A stretch of DNA of 64,000 nucleotides from Bacteroidota bacterium (GTDB lineage Bacteria; Bacteroidota; JABWAT01): contig JAFLBE010000017.1 in the NCBI GenBank assembly GCA_017303995.1, positions 4,000 through 67,999 on the forward strand, given 5' to 3'. The notes beneath the pieces were generated by a model. The model did no database searches, had not been told where the DNA came from, and was given only the letters and a program-made list of their open reading frames with translations. The translations under genes were made by a program, and so were the position numbers. Below are positions 36,697 to 46,634 of the stretch, piece after piece. Position 1 is the first letter of the stretch; each line of letters opens with the position of its first letter.

Positions 36697-37656
36697 TTGC
36701 AATACTGCACCGCACTTGATGGGGGTGAAACGATGGCTTCTGGATGTAAAAGGTTTGTAGTACTTTTCGGATTGATTCTGATTCCAGTGTTAACCTCTTT
36801 TGGTCAAACACAGTTTGGTAGAATCAGTGGCAAGGTCATCGACCAGGCAACCAATAATGGTGTGGCGTTTGTAACTGTTTATCTTTATTTGGGTGAATCT
36901 CAGAAACTTTCCGCCAGATCTAACTCTGGCGGAAATTTTAGTTTCGTTAATGTTGTACCCGACGTGTATACGATAAGAACTTCTAAACCCAATTATTTAG
37001 AATACTCCAAACAGGTACGCGTTAACCCGAATTTCACTACCAAATTGTATATCCCACTTAGTGCAATGGGTGAAGGTTCCGCTAATAAGCCTCCCCAGAT
37101 TGCAGATAACGTCGTTGACCAACCTGCAAAAAATCAAACTGAAATTGTTAAAACCTCTGCACCAGTTACTGTACCGGTAGTTAATAACCCGGTAATCACT
37201 GAGCCTGTCGCTGTAAAACAAGATAAAGCTCCAGAAATCCAGCAACCTGCACAACAAGTAACTTCTCCGGCTGAAGTTAGTACCGCTTCCATACCGGTCG
37301 CTGAAGCTGCGGTTCAGGAAATGGAAGCTATAGCGGTTCAGGATGACGATCAGAAAATCTGGGAAGCCACTGAAATTTCTCCTGAAATAGATGGTGGTTT
37401 TGGAAACGTCTACAAAATTTTAAAATATCCTGAAGTTGCAGTTATTCAGAAAGTTGAAGGAACTGTTGTTTGTAGAGTCTATATTGATAAGGAAGGAAAT
37501 CCTATCAATACTGAAGTGCTTCGTTCAATTCACCCAGCCATTGATAAGGCGGCACAAGACGCACTTTTTAATGTAAAATATATCCCCGGTAAGCAAAACG
37601 GTGTTGTTGTTTCAACAATGTTGACCGTTCCTATCAAATTTAAATTGAGTAAATAA
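36697..37656 (+). CDS. TonB-like energy transducer with an inserted carboxypeptidase-regulatory-like domain
   Basis: N-terminal anchor FVVLFGLILIPVL. CarbopepD_reg-like GRISGKVIDQ...NFSFVNVVPDVYTIRTSKPNY. Pro/Val-rich spacer. C-terminal TonB_C pattern (VEGTVVCRVYIDKEGNPINTEVLRSIH...QNGVVVSTMLTVPIKFKL). Confidence 0.6.
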   Translation: MQYCTALDGGETMASGCKRFVVLFGLILIPVLTSFGQTQFGRISGKVIDQATNNGVAFVTVYLYLGESQKLSARSNSGGNFSFVNVVPDVYTIRTSKPNYLEYSKQVRVNPNFTTKLYIPLSAMGEGSANKPPQIADNVVDQPAKNQTEIVKTSAPVTVPVVNNPVITEPVAVKQDKAPEIQQPAQQVTSPAEVSTASIPVAEAAVQEMEAIAVQDDDQKIWEATEISPEIDGGFGNVYKILKYPEVAVIQKVEGTVVCRVYIDKEGNPINTEVLRSIHPAIDKAAQDALFNVKYIPGKQNGVVVSTMLTVPIKFKLSK

Positions 37657-37658
37657 TC

Positions 37659-37731
37659 GGGGTGTAGCGCAGCCTGGTAGCGCGTTCGGTTCGGGACCGA
37701 GAGGTCGTAGGTTCAAATCCTATCACCCCGA
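37659..37731 (+). tRNA. tRNA-Pro (anticodon CGG)
   Basis: Manual cloverleaf fold. Acceptor GGGGTGT/ACACCCC(G), D-arm GCGCAGCCTGGTAGCGC, anticodon stem TTCGG/CCGAG with loop TTCGGGA (anticodon CGG), T-arm GTAGGTTCAAATCCTAT. The CCA is not encoded. Confidence 0.85.
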
Positions 37732-37738
37732 CTCTTTA

Positions 37739-38560
37739 ATGATGGACGATCTAAGCCCCTTTCTCAATTCTCTTTATTCCCGATATAATTCCGAACAATT
37801 TCTCGATTCTGACCCTGTAAAATGGGTTCATCGTTTTGAAACTCCAATTCATATTGAACTATCAGCCTTTTTGTCTTCAGTGTTTGCTTTTGGCAGAGTT
37901 GACCAGATTCATTTGGTTTTGGCAAAATTGTTTGAGGTTATGGGTCCTGATCCGCTTTCCTTTTTAATAGAAAAATCAGAATTTGAAATCAATCAATCAG
38001 TTTCCGGTATCTACTACCGTTTTTATACTTCGCAGGATATTGGCTCTCTTTTAGGATTTTTAAAGTGGCACTATACCGAATCTGATTCACTTGAAAAGTT
38101 GTTTTTGATTGAAAATGGTCAAATCTCAGGATACCCTCTTTTCGAAAAATGGTCATTTTATTTACTATCCCGAAAGGCAGAAACCTTTGGAACAAAGTAT
38201 ATGGTACCTGATCCCAAAAAAAGATCGGCATCAAAACGAATGATGATGTTCCTCAGGTGGATGGTTCGAAAAGATGAGATCGATTTAGGAATATGGAAAA
38301 CCATTTCGCCTGATCAGCTTTTGATTCCAATGGATACTCACCTGTCCAGAATTTGTTTCTACCTGGGTTTGTCCAATCAGTCATCAGCCACTTTTAAAAA
38401 TTCAGTTACAGTTACCCAAAATTTAAAACAATTTGCTCCAGACGATCCGGTTAAATTTGATTTTGCTATTAGCCGGCTTGGAATATTAAATGAATGTCCG
38501 AAAAAACGTGATTATTACAAGTGCCAGTCATGTATGTTGATTACAGTTTGTTCCAGATGA
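37739..38560 (+). CDS. HhH-GPD/endonuclease III-like fold protein with a C-terminal [4Fe-4S] cluster-loop Cys motif (DUF2400/TIGR02757-like)
   Basis: IPMDTHLSRI resembles the EndoIII VDTHI segment. The C-terminal C-x8-C-x2-C-x5-C (CPKKRDYYKCQSCMLITVC) parallels the EndoIII FCL C-x6-C-x2-C-x5-C. Confidence 0.45.
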   Translation: MMDDLSPFLNSLYSRYNSEQFLDSDPVKWVHRFETPIHIELSAFLSSVFAFGRVDQIHLVLAKLFEVMGPDPLSFLIEKSEFEINQSVSGIYYRFYTSQDIGSLLGFLKWHYTESDSLEKLFLIENGQISGYPLFEKWSFYLLSRKAETFGTKYMVPDPKKRSASKRMMMFLRWMVRKDEIDLGIWKTISPDQLLIPMDTHLSRICFYLGLSNQSSATFKNSVTVTQNLKQFAPDDPVKFDFAISRLGILNECPKKRDYYKCQSCMLITVCSR

Positions 38561-38696
38561 CACATTTTGATTGTTATTTGTATCACAAATACCGAAATTA
38601 AACCGATGTCATTAAGTCCATTGATGAACTGACTTGTCTTTAAGGTCTTTTTTTTTCATATTTAGTACCTGAGCACAGACTAGAGGAGTCCTTTGT

Positions 38697-39530
38697 ATGC
38701 ATGTTGACCCAAATATGATTCCAATTTTTCAGGGAATTTCCCAGGAAGAAATGGACCAAATCATTAAGTATGCCTTTATTAAGACATTTGACACCGGTTA
38801 TGTGCTTTTCAGAGAGAATTTAATCGTTGGTCAGATCATGTATGTGGTTCTTTCCGGCTCGGTTGAAATTACAAAAAAGGATAGTTCAGGTAAGGAAAAT
38901 ACAATCGCTGTTCTCGGACCTGGTGCCTGTATTGGTGAAATGTCACTGTTTGAACAGGAAAAAAGATCGGCTTCTGCAATAATTAAAGAACGTGCAGAAC
39001 TTTTAGTAATGCCGAAGTATAATTTTGACCGGATGCTTCAGAGCAGACCAAATGAGACCATAAAAATTCTTTTGAATTTTATTAAAGTTATGAGTCAGCG
39101 CCTTCGGGACACAACGGCTAAACTGGTCACAGCTCAGCATGATGCACCCGCACATGATGACCATGGTGCCGCTCCTGATTCCCAGACATCAGTTGGCCAA
39201 CTATCAGTGAAAGATGTTAAAGATCGTGCTGCCCGGACCGGAACAGGAGAACAACGCATTCAGCTTGAGACAGGAATCAGTGCTGGTACTTTTCCAACAA
39301 AAGATGGTAAATCATCAGAGGTTTTCATTCTTACCCTGGATGAATTGCAAAATGAAAATCTGATGAAAATTCTGGACTCAAAAAGAACAAGTGGTATGAG
39401 CCAGGAAAATGGCACGAGATTATTAATGATCCGTGACTTGTTGAATTACTACCTGCAAATTCCAAGTGAGGAACTTCAACTGAAAGTCAGGGAAATGGAA
39501 CTCCGATTCCGTTCCCGTGGAAAAAGATAG
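38697..39530 (+). CDS. Cyclic-nucleotide-binding domain protein with a low-complexity C-terminal extension and no recognisable HTH
   Basis: cNMP-binding beta-roll GPGACIGEMSLFEQEKRSASAII with a following hinge helix. The C-terminal 130 aa is Asp/His/Ala-rich with no DNA-binding motif. Confidence 0.6.
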   Translation: MHVDPNMIPIFQGISQEEMDQIIKYAFIKTFDTGYVLFRENLIVGQIMYVVLSGSVEITKKDSSGKENTIAVLGPGACIGEMSLFEQEKRSASAIIKERAELLVMPKYNFDRMLQSRPNETIKILLNFIKVMSQRLRDTTAKLVTAQHDAPAHDDHGAAPDSQTSVGQLSVKDVKDRAARTGTGEQRIQLETGISAGTFPTKDGKSSEVFILTLDELQNENLMKILDSKRTSGMSQENGTRLLMIRDLLNYYLQIPSEELQLKVREMELRFRSRGKR

Positions 39531-39662
39531 CTTGAAAAGCCTGGTTTTAACCAGGCTTTTTTTTACTCTCCCCTTAGGTTTAGTAACAACGAACCCCCAC
39601 TCCTTCCTTTCTTTATTTTATTTAAATTCTTAACTTTAATGATTTACAATCTGAGGTCATAA

Positions 39663-41093
39663 GTGGCTAAAATTACCACGCGGGAAAAAGACTATTCACA
39701 ATGGTATATTGATATCGTATTGAATGCGAAATTGGCAGATTATGCTCCGGTTCGTGGTTGTATGGTAATCAGACCAAACGGTTATGCTATCTGGGAAAAA
39801 ATGCACCAGGCTCTGGATGGTATGTTTAAAGAAACCGGGCACGTTAATGCCTATTTTCCCTTGTTTATTCCTGAAAGCTTCATGAAAAAAGAAGCAGAAC
39901 ATGTTGAAGGATTTTCGCCTGAATGTGCTGTTGTGACACATGGAGGTGGTAAAGAGCTTGAAGAAAAATTATACGTCAGACCAACAAGTGAAACCATCAT
40001 CTGGTCAATGTATAAAAAATGGATTCAATCTTATCGGGATCTTCCTTTGTTGTATAACCAGTGGGCAAATGTTGTCCGTTGGGAAATGCGGACACGTTTA
40101 TTTCTGAGAACAACAGAATTTTTATGGCAGGAAGGGCATACCGCCCACGAAACTTATGATGAGGCAGAAGTTGAAGCCCTGAAAATGATCAGAGTTTACC
40201 AAAAATTTGCTGAAGAGTACATGGCTGTGCCAGTTATTGTAGGTAAAAAGTCGGATTCTGAAAAATTTGCCGGTGCCCTTCATACATATTGTATTGAAGC
40301 TATGATGCAGGATAATAAAGCCTTACAAGCAGGAACGTCTCATCATCTGGGTCAAAACTTCGCTAAAGCGTTTGAAGTTACCTATCAGGATCGTACCGGC
40401 CAGCAACAATTTGTATATGCAACCAGCTGGGGGGTTTCAACCCGGTTGATTGGTGCCCTTATTATGGCGCATTCTGATGATCAGGGATTGGTTGTTCCGC
40501 CAAAATTGGCACCCACGCATGTTGTAATTATTCCAATTTTTAAGTCTGATGAAGAAAAGAAGGCCGTTTGTGATGCTGCCTACCAAATAAAAAGTGAAAT
40601 TTCTTCACAAGGATTCCGGGTAAATGTTGATGACCGTGATCAGTTTAAGCCGGGCTGGAAATTCAATGAATATGAATTGCTTGGAGTTCCGTTGCGAATC
40701 GAAATTGGGCCACGGGATTTAGCTGCTGGTGTTTGTACCCTTGCAAGACGTGATTCGGGTGAAAAAACAACTCTGCCACTGACTGAAGTGAGCTCACGGA
40801 TATCTGGTTTACTAGATGATATTCAGTCGGGATTGTTTTTGCGGGCTAAGGCAAGAATGGAAAGTCACATATTTAACGCAGATACTTATGCTGAACTTGA
40901 AGACATTGTGAAGAACGAAAAGGGTTTTTCTCGTTCTCACTGGTGTGGCAGTCCGGAATGTGAAGCAAAAATCAAGGATGCAACCAAGGCAACCATCCGG
41001 TGTATTCCTTTGGATGAACCAGATGAGTCGGGTGAATGTGTGGTTTGTAAAAAGCCTTCAGTAAAACGGGTTTTATTTTCAAAAGCTTATTAA
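39663..41093 (+). CDS. proS: Prolyl-tRNA synthetase (archaeal/eukaryote-like class II type); GTG start
   Basis: N-terminus [37 protein letters not shown] and class II motifs. C-terminal zinc-binding-like CGSPECEAK...CVVC. RBS GAGGT upstream. Confidence 0.9.
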   Translation: MAKITTREKDYSQWYIDIVLNAKLADYAPVRGCMVIRPNGYAIWEKMHQALDGMFKETGHVNAYFPLFIPESFMKKEAEHVEGFSPECAVVTHGGGKELEEKLYVRPTSETIIWSMYKKWIQSYRDLPLLYNQWANVVRWEMRTRLFLRTTEFLWQEGHTAHETYDEAEVEALKMIRVYQKFAEEYMAVPVIVGKKSDSEKFAGALHTYCIEAMMQDNKALQAGTSHHLGQNFAKAFEVTYQDRTGQQQFVYATSWGVSTRLIGALIMAHSDDQGLVVPPKLAPTHVVIIPIFKSDEEKKAVCDAAYQIKSEISSQGFRVNVDDRDQFKPGWKFNEYELLGVPLRIEIGPRDLAAGVCTLARRDSGEKTTLPLTEVSSRISGLLDDIQSGLFLRAKARMESHIFNADTYAELEDIVKNEKGFSRSHWCGSPECEAKIKDATKATIRCIPLDEPDESGECVVCKKPSVKRVLFSKAY

Positions 41094-42001
41094 AAAACGG
41101 GGATGGAAACATCCCCGCTTTTATTAAATCGGGTTTGCAGAAATTGAATCGTTTCCCGGTAATTTAATCCCCAGTGATCAACAAAGTCCAGTTGTTTAAA
41201 TTGTCCCAAAAGTCCTGGTCCGCCAATTATTAATACACCATTTTGTTCAGAAAGCTGTTGTTTCAGGACCTTAAGTCCTGCAACCATTTTTTCACTTTCA
41301 ACGGGATGAATGATACTGCTTATCAGGATTGCCTGTGCACCGGTTTTTTTCAAGGCAGCTTCAAAGCTGAAAATTGGAGTATTTGCCCCCAAATAATGGA
41401 TCTGCCAACCTTCAATTTCGAGTAAAATTGAAAGACATTTTGCAGGCAGTTCGTGCAAATCTTGTTCAAGCACACCAATTATTGCTTTCAGGTTTCTTTT
41501 TGGCCGCTTAATGATTGTAGTATTAATTCGGATAAGGGCTTCATAAAGTGCCGACGATGCTGCGTGTTCTTCATCGACAGAAATTTGCCCAGTGGCCCAA
41601 TTTTCACCTATTTGATGAAGAACGGGGCTCAAAATGAAATCAAAAAATTCAATATATGTATATTTATTAAGGACAAGCAGATTGATAAAACCAAATATTT
41701 TTGATGCATCTGCTTGCATGGTAAGATCAAAAAAGTGGGGAATAATAACCGGATGGTCTTTATACTGAAGGCCAATTGAAAGTTTCTTATTTTCAAATTC
41801 TTTTGAATCTGGAAGCTTTAGCACAGAACCGATGTTATTTGCCCTGATATACTCATTCAAATCCGAAAGTTTGAATTTTCGATGTCCACCGGGAGTTCTG
41901 ATGCACGCAATTTTATGAGAGTCTGCCCATCGTTTTACCGAAGATTCGTTAACGCCCAGCATTTCTGCAACTTCTTTTGAAGAGAATAACCTGTTATCCA
42001 T
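41090..42001 (-). CDS. MerR-family HTH regulator fused to a cobalamin (B12)-binding domain (CarH/LitR-like)
   Basis: N-terminal [30 protein letters not shown]-terminal Rossmann-like B12-binding region [38 protein letters not shown]...ILISSIIHP...VLIIGGPG. Confidence 0.55.
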   Translation of the reverse strand: MDNRLFSSKEVAEMLGVNESSVKRWADSHKIACIRTPGGHRKFKLSDLNEYIRANNIGSVLKLPDSKEFENKKLSIGLQYKDHPVIIPHFFDLTMQADASKIFGFINLLVLNKYTYIEFFDFILSPVLHQIGENWATGQISVDEEHAASSALYEALIRINTTIIKRPKRNLKAIIGVLEQDLHELPAKCLSILLEIEGWQIHYLGANTPIFSFEAALKKTGAQAILISSIIHPVESEKMVAGLKVLKQQLSEQNGVLIIGGPGLLGQFKQLDFVDHWGLNYRETIQFLQTRFNKSGDVSIPVF

Positions 42002-42297
42002 AAGTAAAATTGAATTCCTTTTGCCTCTGAACAGTAAATCTAATGGTTAACATTCCCATAAAAGGCGAATTCCTAAAGAAACTATTCTAAAAGTATAATT
42101 TTTCGTCTGAAATTGTGGAATTGATCAAATCAGAGGTTGAATAATTTGCAGATATTTGAAGGTTCCGAAAAAGTAGTTGTGGGTATGTTTTATATCACAA
42201 TCCAATGGAATTGAAAATATTTCACTGAAACAGGTGAAATAATGCAGAATCAGGTTTTGCATGACTTATCTTCATTGGTTATTTTAGTTCACTTTCA

Positions 42298-42318
42298 GTC
42301 ACAAATCTAATTTGTGAC
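42298..42318. promoter_or_regulatory. Perfect 9-bp inverted repeat (GTCACAAAT-cta-ATTTGTGAC), a putative operator 18 bp upstream of the REC gene start
   Basis: Read directly from the sequence. It lies in the divergent intergenic region between the MerR/B12 regulator and the REC/REC-GGDEF genes. Confidence 0.4.
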
Positions 42319-42335
42319 ATTTAAAGGTTGTTTTC

Positions 42336-42713
42336 ATGCCAGGCAGCAAAAAAAAAGTTTTAGTAGTAGAAGACCTTGAGGATAACCGTGATTTTATTCT
42401 TCAGGTACTTTCATCAGAGTATGAAATCATTTTTGCTACCGATGGCCGGATGGGAATTGCCATGGCCAAAGCAAAACGCCCTGATGTTATTGTAATGGAT
42501 TTGAACCTTCCTGTAATTGACGGTTGGGAAGCAACCCGGATTTTAAGAACTGATCCGGGATTTTTTAATACACCCATTATTGCGCTTACAGCCTATACAC
42601 TTGATAGTGATTATATGCGGGCAATGGAAGCAGGTTGTACCGATTTTTTAACAAAGCCAATTATGCCGGGTGACCTGCGTAATAAAATCAGAGAACACTT
42701 AACGAACCTTTGA
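42336..42713 (+). CDS. Single-domain response regulator (CheY-like receiver)
   Basis: VLVVEDLEDN, phospho-acceptor D in VIVMDLNLPVIDGWE, and LTAYT. Confidence 0.8.
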   Translation: MPGSKKKVLVVEDLEDNRDFILQVLSSEYEIIFATDGRMGIAMAKAKRPDVIVMDLNLPVIDGWEATRILRTDPGFFNTPIIALTAYTLDSDYMRAMEAGCTDFLTKPIMPGDLRNKIREHLTNL

Positions 42714-43642
42714 GACCAATGAATTTATTACCTGTTAAAATACTCATTATTGATTTTGATACAGACTTTTGCGAGTCTCTGAGGTTATCACTTCTTCAGC
42801 AGGATCAATATGAAATCACCATTATTTCAACAGGAAAGGAAGCCGTTGAAAAGGCTTTCAATGATTTACCTGATGTTGTTCTCCTTTCTACACAATTACC
42901 AGACATGGATGGCTACGAGATTCTTGACCTGCTGAAAAGTGCGCAGACAACCCATGAAATACCAGTGCTTTTAATGAGCTCTGAAAGTGCCTCAACTGAG
43001 CGGATTGTTCAGGGACTTGAGATGGGTGCTGTTGATTATGTCATTCGCCCAATTCACAACGCTGAGTTTTGTGCACGTGTAAAAGTTGCCATCAGAAATT
43101 ACCGGATCCAGAAAAGCCTCAGAGAAAAAGCAGTTACCGATACCCTTACCGGACTTTATAACCGCTCAATTCTTGAATACCGGATGCAAACGGAATTAAA
43201 ACGGTCTCAACGGCACGGAATTCCAATTTCTGCTGTCATGCTTGATATTGATTTTTTCAAAAAGATCAATGATTCATTTGGCCACCTTTTTGGTGATCAG
43301 GTTTTAAAAACCCTTGGTGAGATTCTTCTGCGCAGAGCCCGTACCGACGATATTATCGTGCGTTATGGTGGTGAGGAATTTCTTCTTCTTCTGTTTGGTG
43401 CTGATATGCAGGGTGCGTATGCATTTGCCGAGCGGGTCAGAATAGATTTTCAGAGTAAAATTTTCTACGTCAACGGACAAACCGTTCACTTTACACTTTC
43501 TGCCGGTGTTGCACAGTTTAGTGCAGTAATGAGTTCTTCGCAATTCATTGATACTGCTGATAAAGCCCTCTATGTTGCTAAAAACAGCGGCAGAAACCGG
43601 GTTTGTATTGATGAAACTGCAGATTCAGGAACTATATCCTGA
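42710..43642 (+). CDS. Response regulator with a GGDEF diguanylate cyclase output domain
   Basis: REC (ILIIDFDTD...VVLLSTQLPDMDGYE) plus GGDEF with active-site RYGGEEFLLLL and a DxLTGLYNR start. Confidence 0.85.
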   Translation: MRPMNLLPVKILIIDFDTDFCESLRLSLLQQDQYEITIISTGKEAVEKAFNDLPDVVLLSTQLPDMDGYEILDLLKSAQTTHEIPVLLMSSESASTERIVQGLEMGAVDYVIRPIHNAEFCARVKVAIRNYRIQKSLREKAVTDTLTGLYNRSILEYRMQTELKRSQRHGIPISAVMLDIDFFKKINDSFGHLFGDQVLKTLGEILLRRARTDDIIVRYGGEEFLLLLFGADMQGAYAFAERVRIDFQSKIFYVNGQTVHFTLSAGVAQFSAVMSSSQFIDTADKALYVAKNSGRNRVCIDETADSGTIS

Positions 43643-43893
43643 CTTTATTCAGACCTTTTCCTTTTTCGCCTAATCTTTTTCGGAACCAACCCCTTTAAAT
43701 CTAAACAGGAACCCCGCAACCTAACAAACCAAGAACAAATCCTCCAAAATCCCGAATCCCATTCGGAAATTACCCAAAAAAGCATGTATTGTTAGGGTAA
43801 TTGATTCCTAAGTACTAATAATATTCGTATATATATTGACAATGACTAATAAAGCTATTAGATTTGTCGTGTTCTTCCATATATTATTAGATT

Positions 43894-44367
43894 ATGATCG
43901 ACGAAACTGATATCCTAATACTGACTGCACTACAGCTTGATGCCAAAGCAACCTATGCAGATATCGGGAAGCGGGTGAATCTTACCGCCCCAACCGTTTT
44001 CGAGAGAATCAAACGCCTCGAACGGATGGATATTATCAAAGGTTATGGTGCAATTCTGAATCCCGAAATGATTCAGGAAAAATTTGCAGCTTTCGTCCGG
44101 GTTTCTACCATCGCCACCATCGACACCCACGCCTATACCGAGTTCCTGAAAGAAATCCCTCAGATTGTGGATTGCTATGATATTGCCGGTGAGGACAATT
44201 TCCTGATCCGTATTGAGACCGGTACGCCAGAGGGTTTGGGTGATGTTCTAAAAAAAATCAGACTGATACCAGGTACTTTACGTGCCTCGACTGTATTGGT
44301 GCTTTCTAAACTATTCGAGAGAAGTTACGACATCAGCAGGCTTGCTAAAAAATTGAAAACTGCCTGA
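43894..44367 (+). CDS. Lrp/AsnC-family transcriptional regulator
   Basis: N-terminal HTH DILILTALQLDAKATYADIGKRVNLTAPTVFERIKRLE plus a C-terminal RAM domain. Confidence 0.8.
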   Translation: MIDETDILILTALQLDAKATYADIGKRVNLTAPTVFERIKRLERMDIIKGYGAILNPEMIQEKFAAFVRVSTIATIDTHAYTEFLKEIPQIVDCYDIAGEDNFLIRIETGTPEGLGDVLKKIRLIPGTLRASTVLVLSKLFERSYDISRLAKKLKTA

Positions 44368-44378
44368 GTGAGGATTCA

Positions 44379-46634
44379 ATGAGTCAACAAATCACAACCC
44401 CAGCACAACGCTTCACCGGAAAATTCAATCTGGATTCCGAAAGAAGATCTCTCAGAAGAGGTCTTGAACATTCGAATACCCTGATGCATTTCAAAAATCT
44501 GGATTTTTTCCCCTTTCCAGAGGCCGGTTATATTAACACCGAGTTTGCTTTCAATGCAAGAAATTTTTTCCAGAGCAATCATGATGGACTTCCGGTTTCA
44601 GTCAGATATGATTTCGAAAATTCAGGATCCTGGCAGACTGATTTTATGGCAGAACCGATTATTTATCACAAATACTTAACCGGTGGTCGTAAAATTGTAA
44701 ATATGCAGGCTAAAAAAGGTGCCATTTTTAGTGAAGTGGTAACCCGTGAAATTTATGTTAGGGAAGGGCTCAGAATTGGTGAAAGCCTTCTCAGTGATAT
44801 TGTCTTTACACCTGATGCAAGTTCAATGGTCATTTTATCTTCAAGCCGGATCAAGATTTTGGGAATTGAGACGGGGGACACCCTGCTTGTCGGTGGATAT
44901 GAAGAAGATATTTCAGTAATGAAAATGGCAGGGAATGGAAGTTTTCTGGCAACCGGTACTCACCATGGAACTATTAAACTTTGGCACCCGGTAACCGGTG
45001 AATGTTTGAATGTAATTAAAGCTCATGATGGTGGTGTTTTATTTCTTGAAATCAGTCATGATGGAAACCGGATTGTAAGTTATGGAACAGACAGTCAGCT
45101 TTGTTCCTGGCACTCTGACAACGGAACGCTTGCATGGAAAATGGAACTTGGCCGATCCTTTATAAAATCTCTTGCTCTTTCAGGTGATGGTAAAGAATTT
45201 GCAATCGGAAGTGAATTAAAAACCATTTTCACGGGAAGTCTTGTAACCGGTGAAATTGAACATAAATATGAATATGACAATTCATGGATCGACAAAGTTG
45301 TCTATTCCACCGCAGGAAACCGGCTGCTTGCAACCATCAGAAACGGGGATGTTGCCCGGATAATTGATGTTGGTCATCAGTTGACTCTGGCAGAACCCGG
45401 TAATTCAGATCAGATTCTGAATATGAGCATGTCTGCATCTGGTCAGATTGCAATGGCTGCAACAAAAGATCATCGTGTGAAAGTATGGGATCTGACCAAA
45501 GGTCAGCTAATCTGTGATTTTTACTCTGCCGATGATTGGATTTTTAATGATCCGTTTAGTCCGGCTCAGCCTTATATCGCCTGCCGTGGCTGGGACAACT
45601 CAATTAAAGTTTATGATTACCGGAACGGATCGTGCTACGCAATCTTTTTAATGCCTGAAGGTTACCTGAAAGCATCAGAATTTCATCCGAAAAGAAAAAT
45701 GGTTGCAGTTGGCGGAACCGACAATAAAATAAAGCTTTGGAACCTTGCAACCGGTGAAGTCGAATCCTCTTATGACACCGGGTACGTCTGGCCAAAAACC
45801 ATTTCATTTAGTGCTGATGGAAACCAGATGGCATTTCCATCCGACGAAAAAACAGTTCAGATCTGGCAAATTGATACAGTGACTTTCAACAGGGAAGTCT
45901 GTATGCCGGAGGACCGGATTAAGCAGGTTTGTTATCAGGGAAAAGGCGAAGTCATCTTAATCAGAGGTGAGCATACCCTTTCAATTTATGATGTTGAGTC
46001 TGACCGTTTTCTTCAATCTTTTGAGGGAAACAACAAAATCATCAAATCGGCTGCAATGAGTCCGGACGGAAAATTCCTGATTTCCTGTGGACTTGATTTT
46101 GGTTTAAAGCTCTGGAACCTGACTGACGGAACGGTTTATCGTGACTATGCAGGATTAACTGCAATGGCATCTGAAATTAAAATCTCTGAGGATAACCATT
46201 TTATCCTATGCAGGTCAGAAATAGGTCAGTTTGCAGTCTGGGATCTTGCTACAGGTCGGTTATTGTGGACGATTTCCAATCCACAGCAAAAAATTACGGC
46301 TTTCGCAATTTCAAATGACGGACTTATGATTGCTACTGCAATCCGGAATGATCTTTATATCTGGGCAACCGTAACTGGAAACTCTTTAGGCCTGATCGGT
46401 TCGCATGATCAGACTATTACTGCCATCGCTTTCCATCCAAAAAGCAAAATGGTTGCAACCGGCGGTCTTGATAATCTCACAAAATTGTGGTCACTGGCTG
46501 ATCAAACAGTTCTTGCAACAATAAAGGGTGGTGCAAGTGTAAAAATCTCTGCTGATGGTGTTTACCTAATGAATGGCTTTGGCGGGGAACTTAGAATCTG
46601 GAATATTCATGATGAACTAAGGATAAACTGCTAA
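44379..46634 (+). CDS. WD40-repeat protein (about 14 blades, likely tandem beta-propellers) with a ~130-aa N-terminal non-WD region
   Basis: Many WD repeats, e.g. GTHHGTIKLWH, GHDGGVLFLEISHDGNRIVSYGTDSQLCSWH, GGTDNKIKLWNL and GSHDQTITAIAFHPKSKMVATGGLDNLTKLWSL. Confidence 0.8.
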   Translation: MSQQITTPAQRFTGKFNLDSERRSLRRGLEHSNTLMHFKNLDFFPFPEAGYINTEFAFNARNFFQSNHDGLPVSVRYDFENSGSWQTDFMAEPIIYHKYLTGGRKIVNMQAKKGAIFSEVVTREIYVREGLRIGESLLSDIVFTPDASSMVILSSSRIKILGIETGDTLLVGGYEEDISVMKMAGNGSFLATGTHHGTIKLWHPVTGECLNVIKAHDGGVLFLEISHDGNRIVSYGTDSQLCSWHSDNGTLAWKMELGRSFIKSLALSGDGKEFAIGSELKTIFTGSLVTGEIEHKYEYDNSWIDKVVYSTAGNRLLATIRNGDVARIIDVGHQLTLAEPGNSDQILNMSMSASGQIAMAATKDHRVKVWDLTKGQLICDFYSADDWIFNDPFSPAQPYIACRGWDNSIKVYDYRNGSCYAIFLMPEGYLKASEFHPKRKMVAVGGTDNKIKLWNLATGEVESSYDTGYVWPKTISFSADGNQMAFPSDEKTVQIWQIDTVTFNREVCMPEDRIKQVCYQGKGEVILIRGEHTLSIYDVESDRFLQSFEGNNKIIKSAAMSPDGKFLISCGLDFGLKLWNLTDGTVYRDYAGLTAMASEIKISEDNHFILCRSEIGQFAVWDLATGRLLWTISNPQQKITAFAISNDGLMIATAIRNDLYIWATVTGNSLGLIGSHDQTITAIAFHPKSKMVATGGLDNLTKLWSLADQTVLATIKGGASVKISADGVYLMNGFGGELRIWNIHDELRINC

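Noticed and set aside
37732-38700. Integrated mobile element at the tRNA-Pro 3' end
   Set aside because: No integrase or recombinase gene, no direct repeat of the tRNA 3' end, and the downstream genes (FCL-like, cNMP-binding, proS) look chromosomal.
42298-42318. Possible CRP (TGTGA-N6-TCACA) site
   Set aside because: The half-sites occur in the opposite order (TCACA...TGTGA) with 9-nt spacing, so it does not match the CRP consensus. Kept only as a generic palindromic operator.
43830-43870. Sigma-70-type promoter TTGACA-17-TAGATT upstream of the Lrp gene
   Set aside because: The match is plausible, but FCB-group promoters use a different consensus (-33 TTTG / -7 TAnnTTTG) and the host lineage is uncertain. 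Too speculative to list as a feature.
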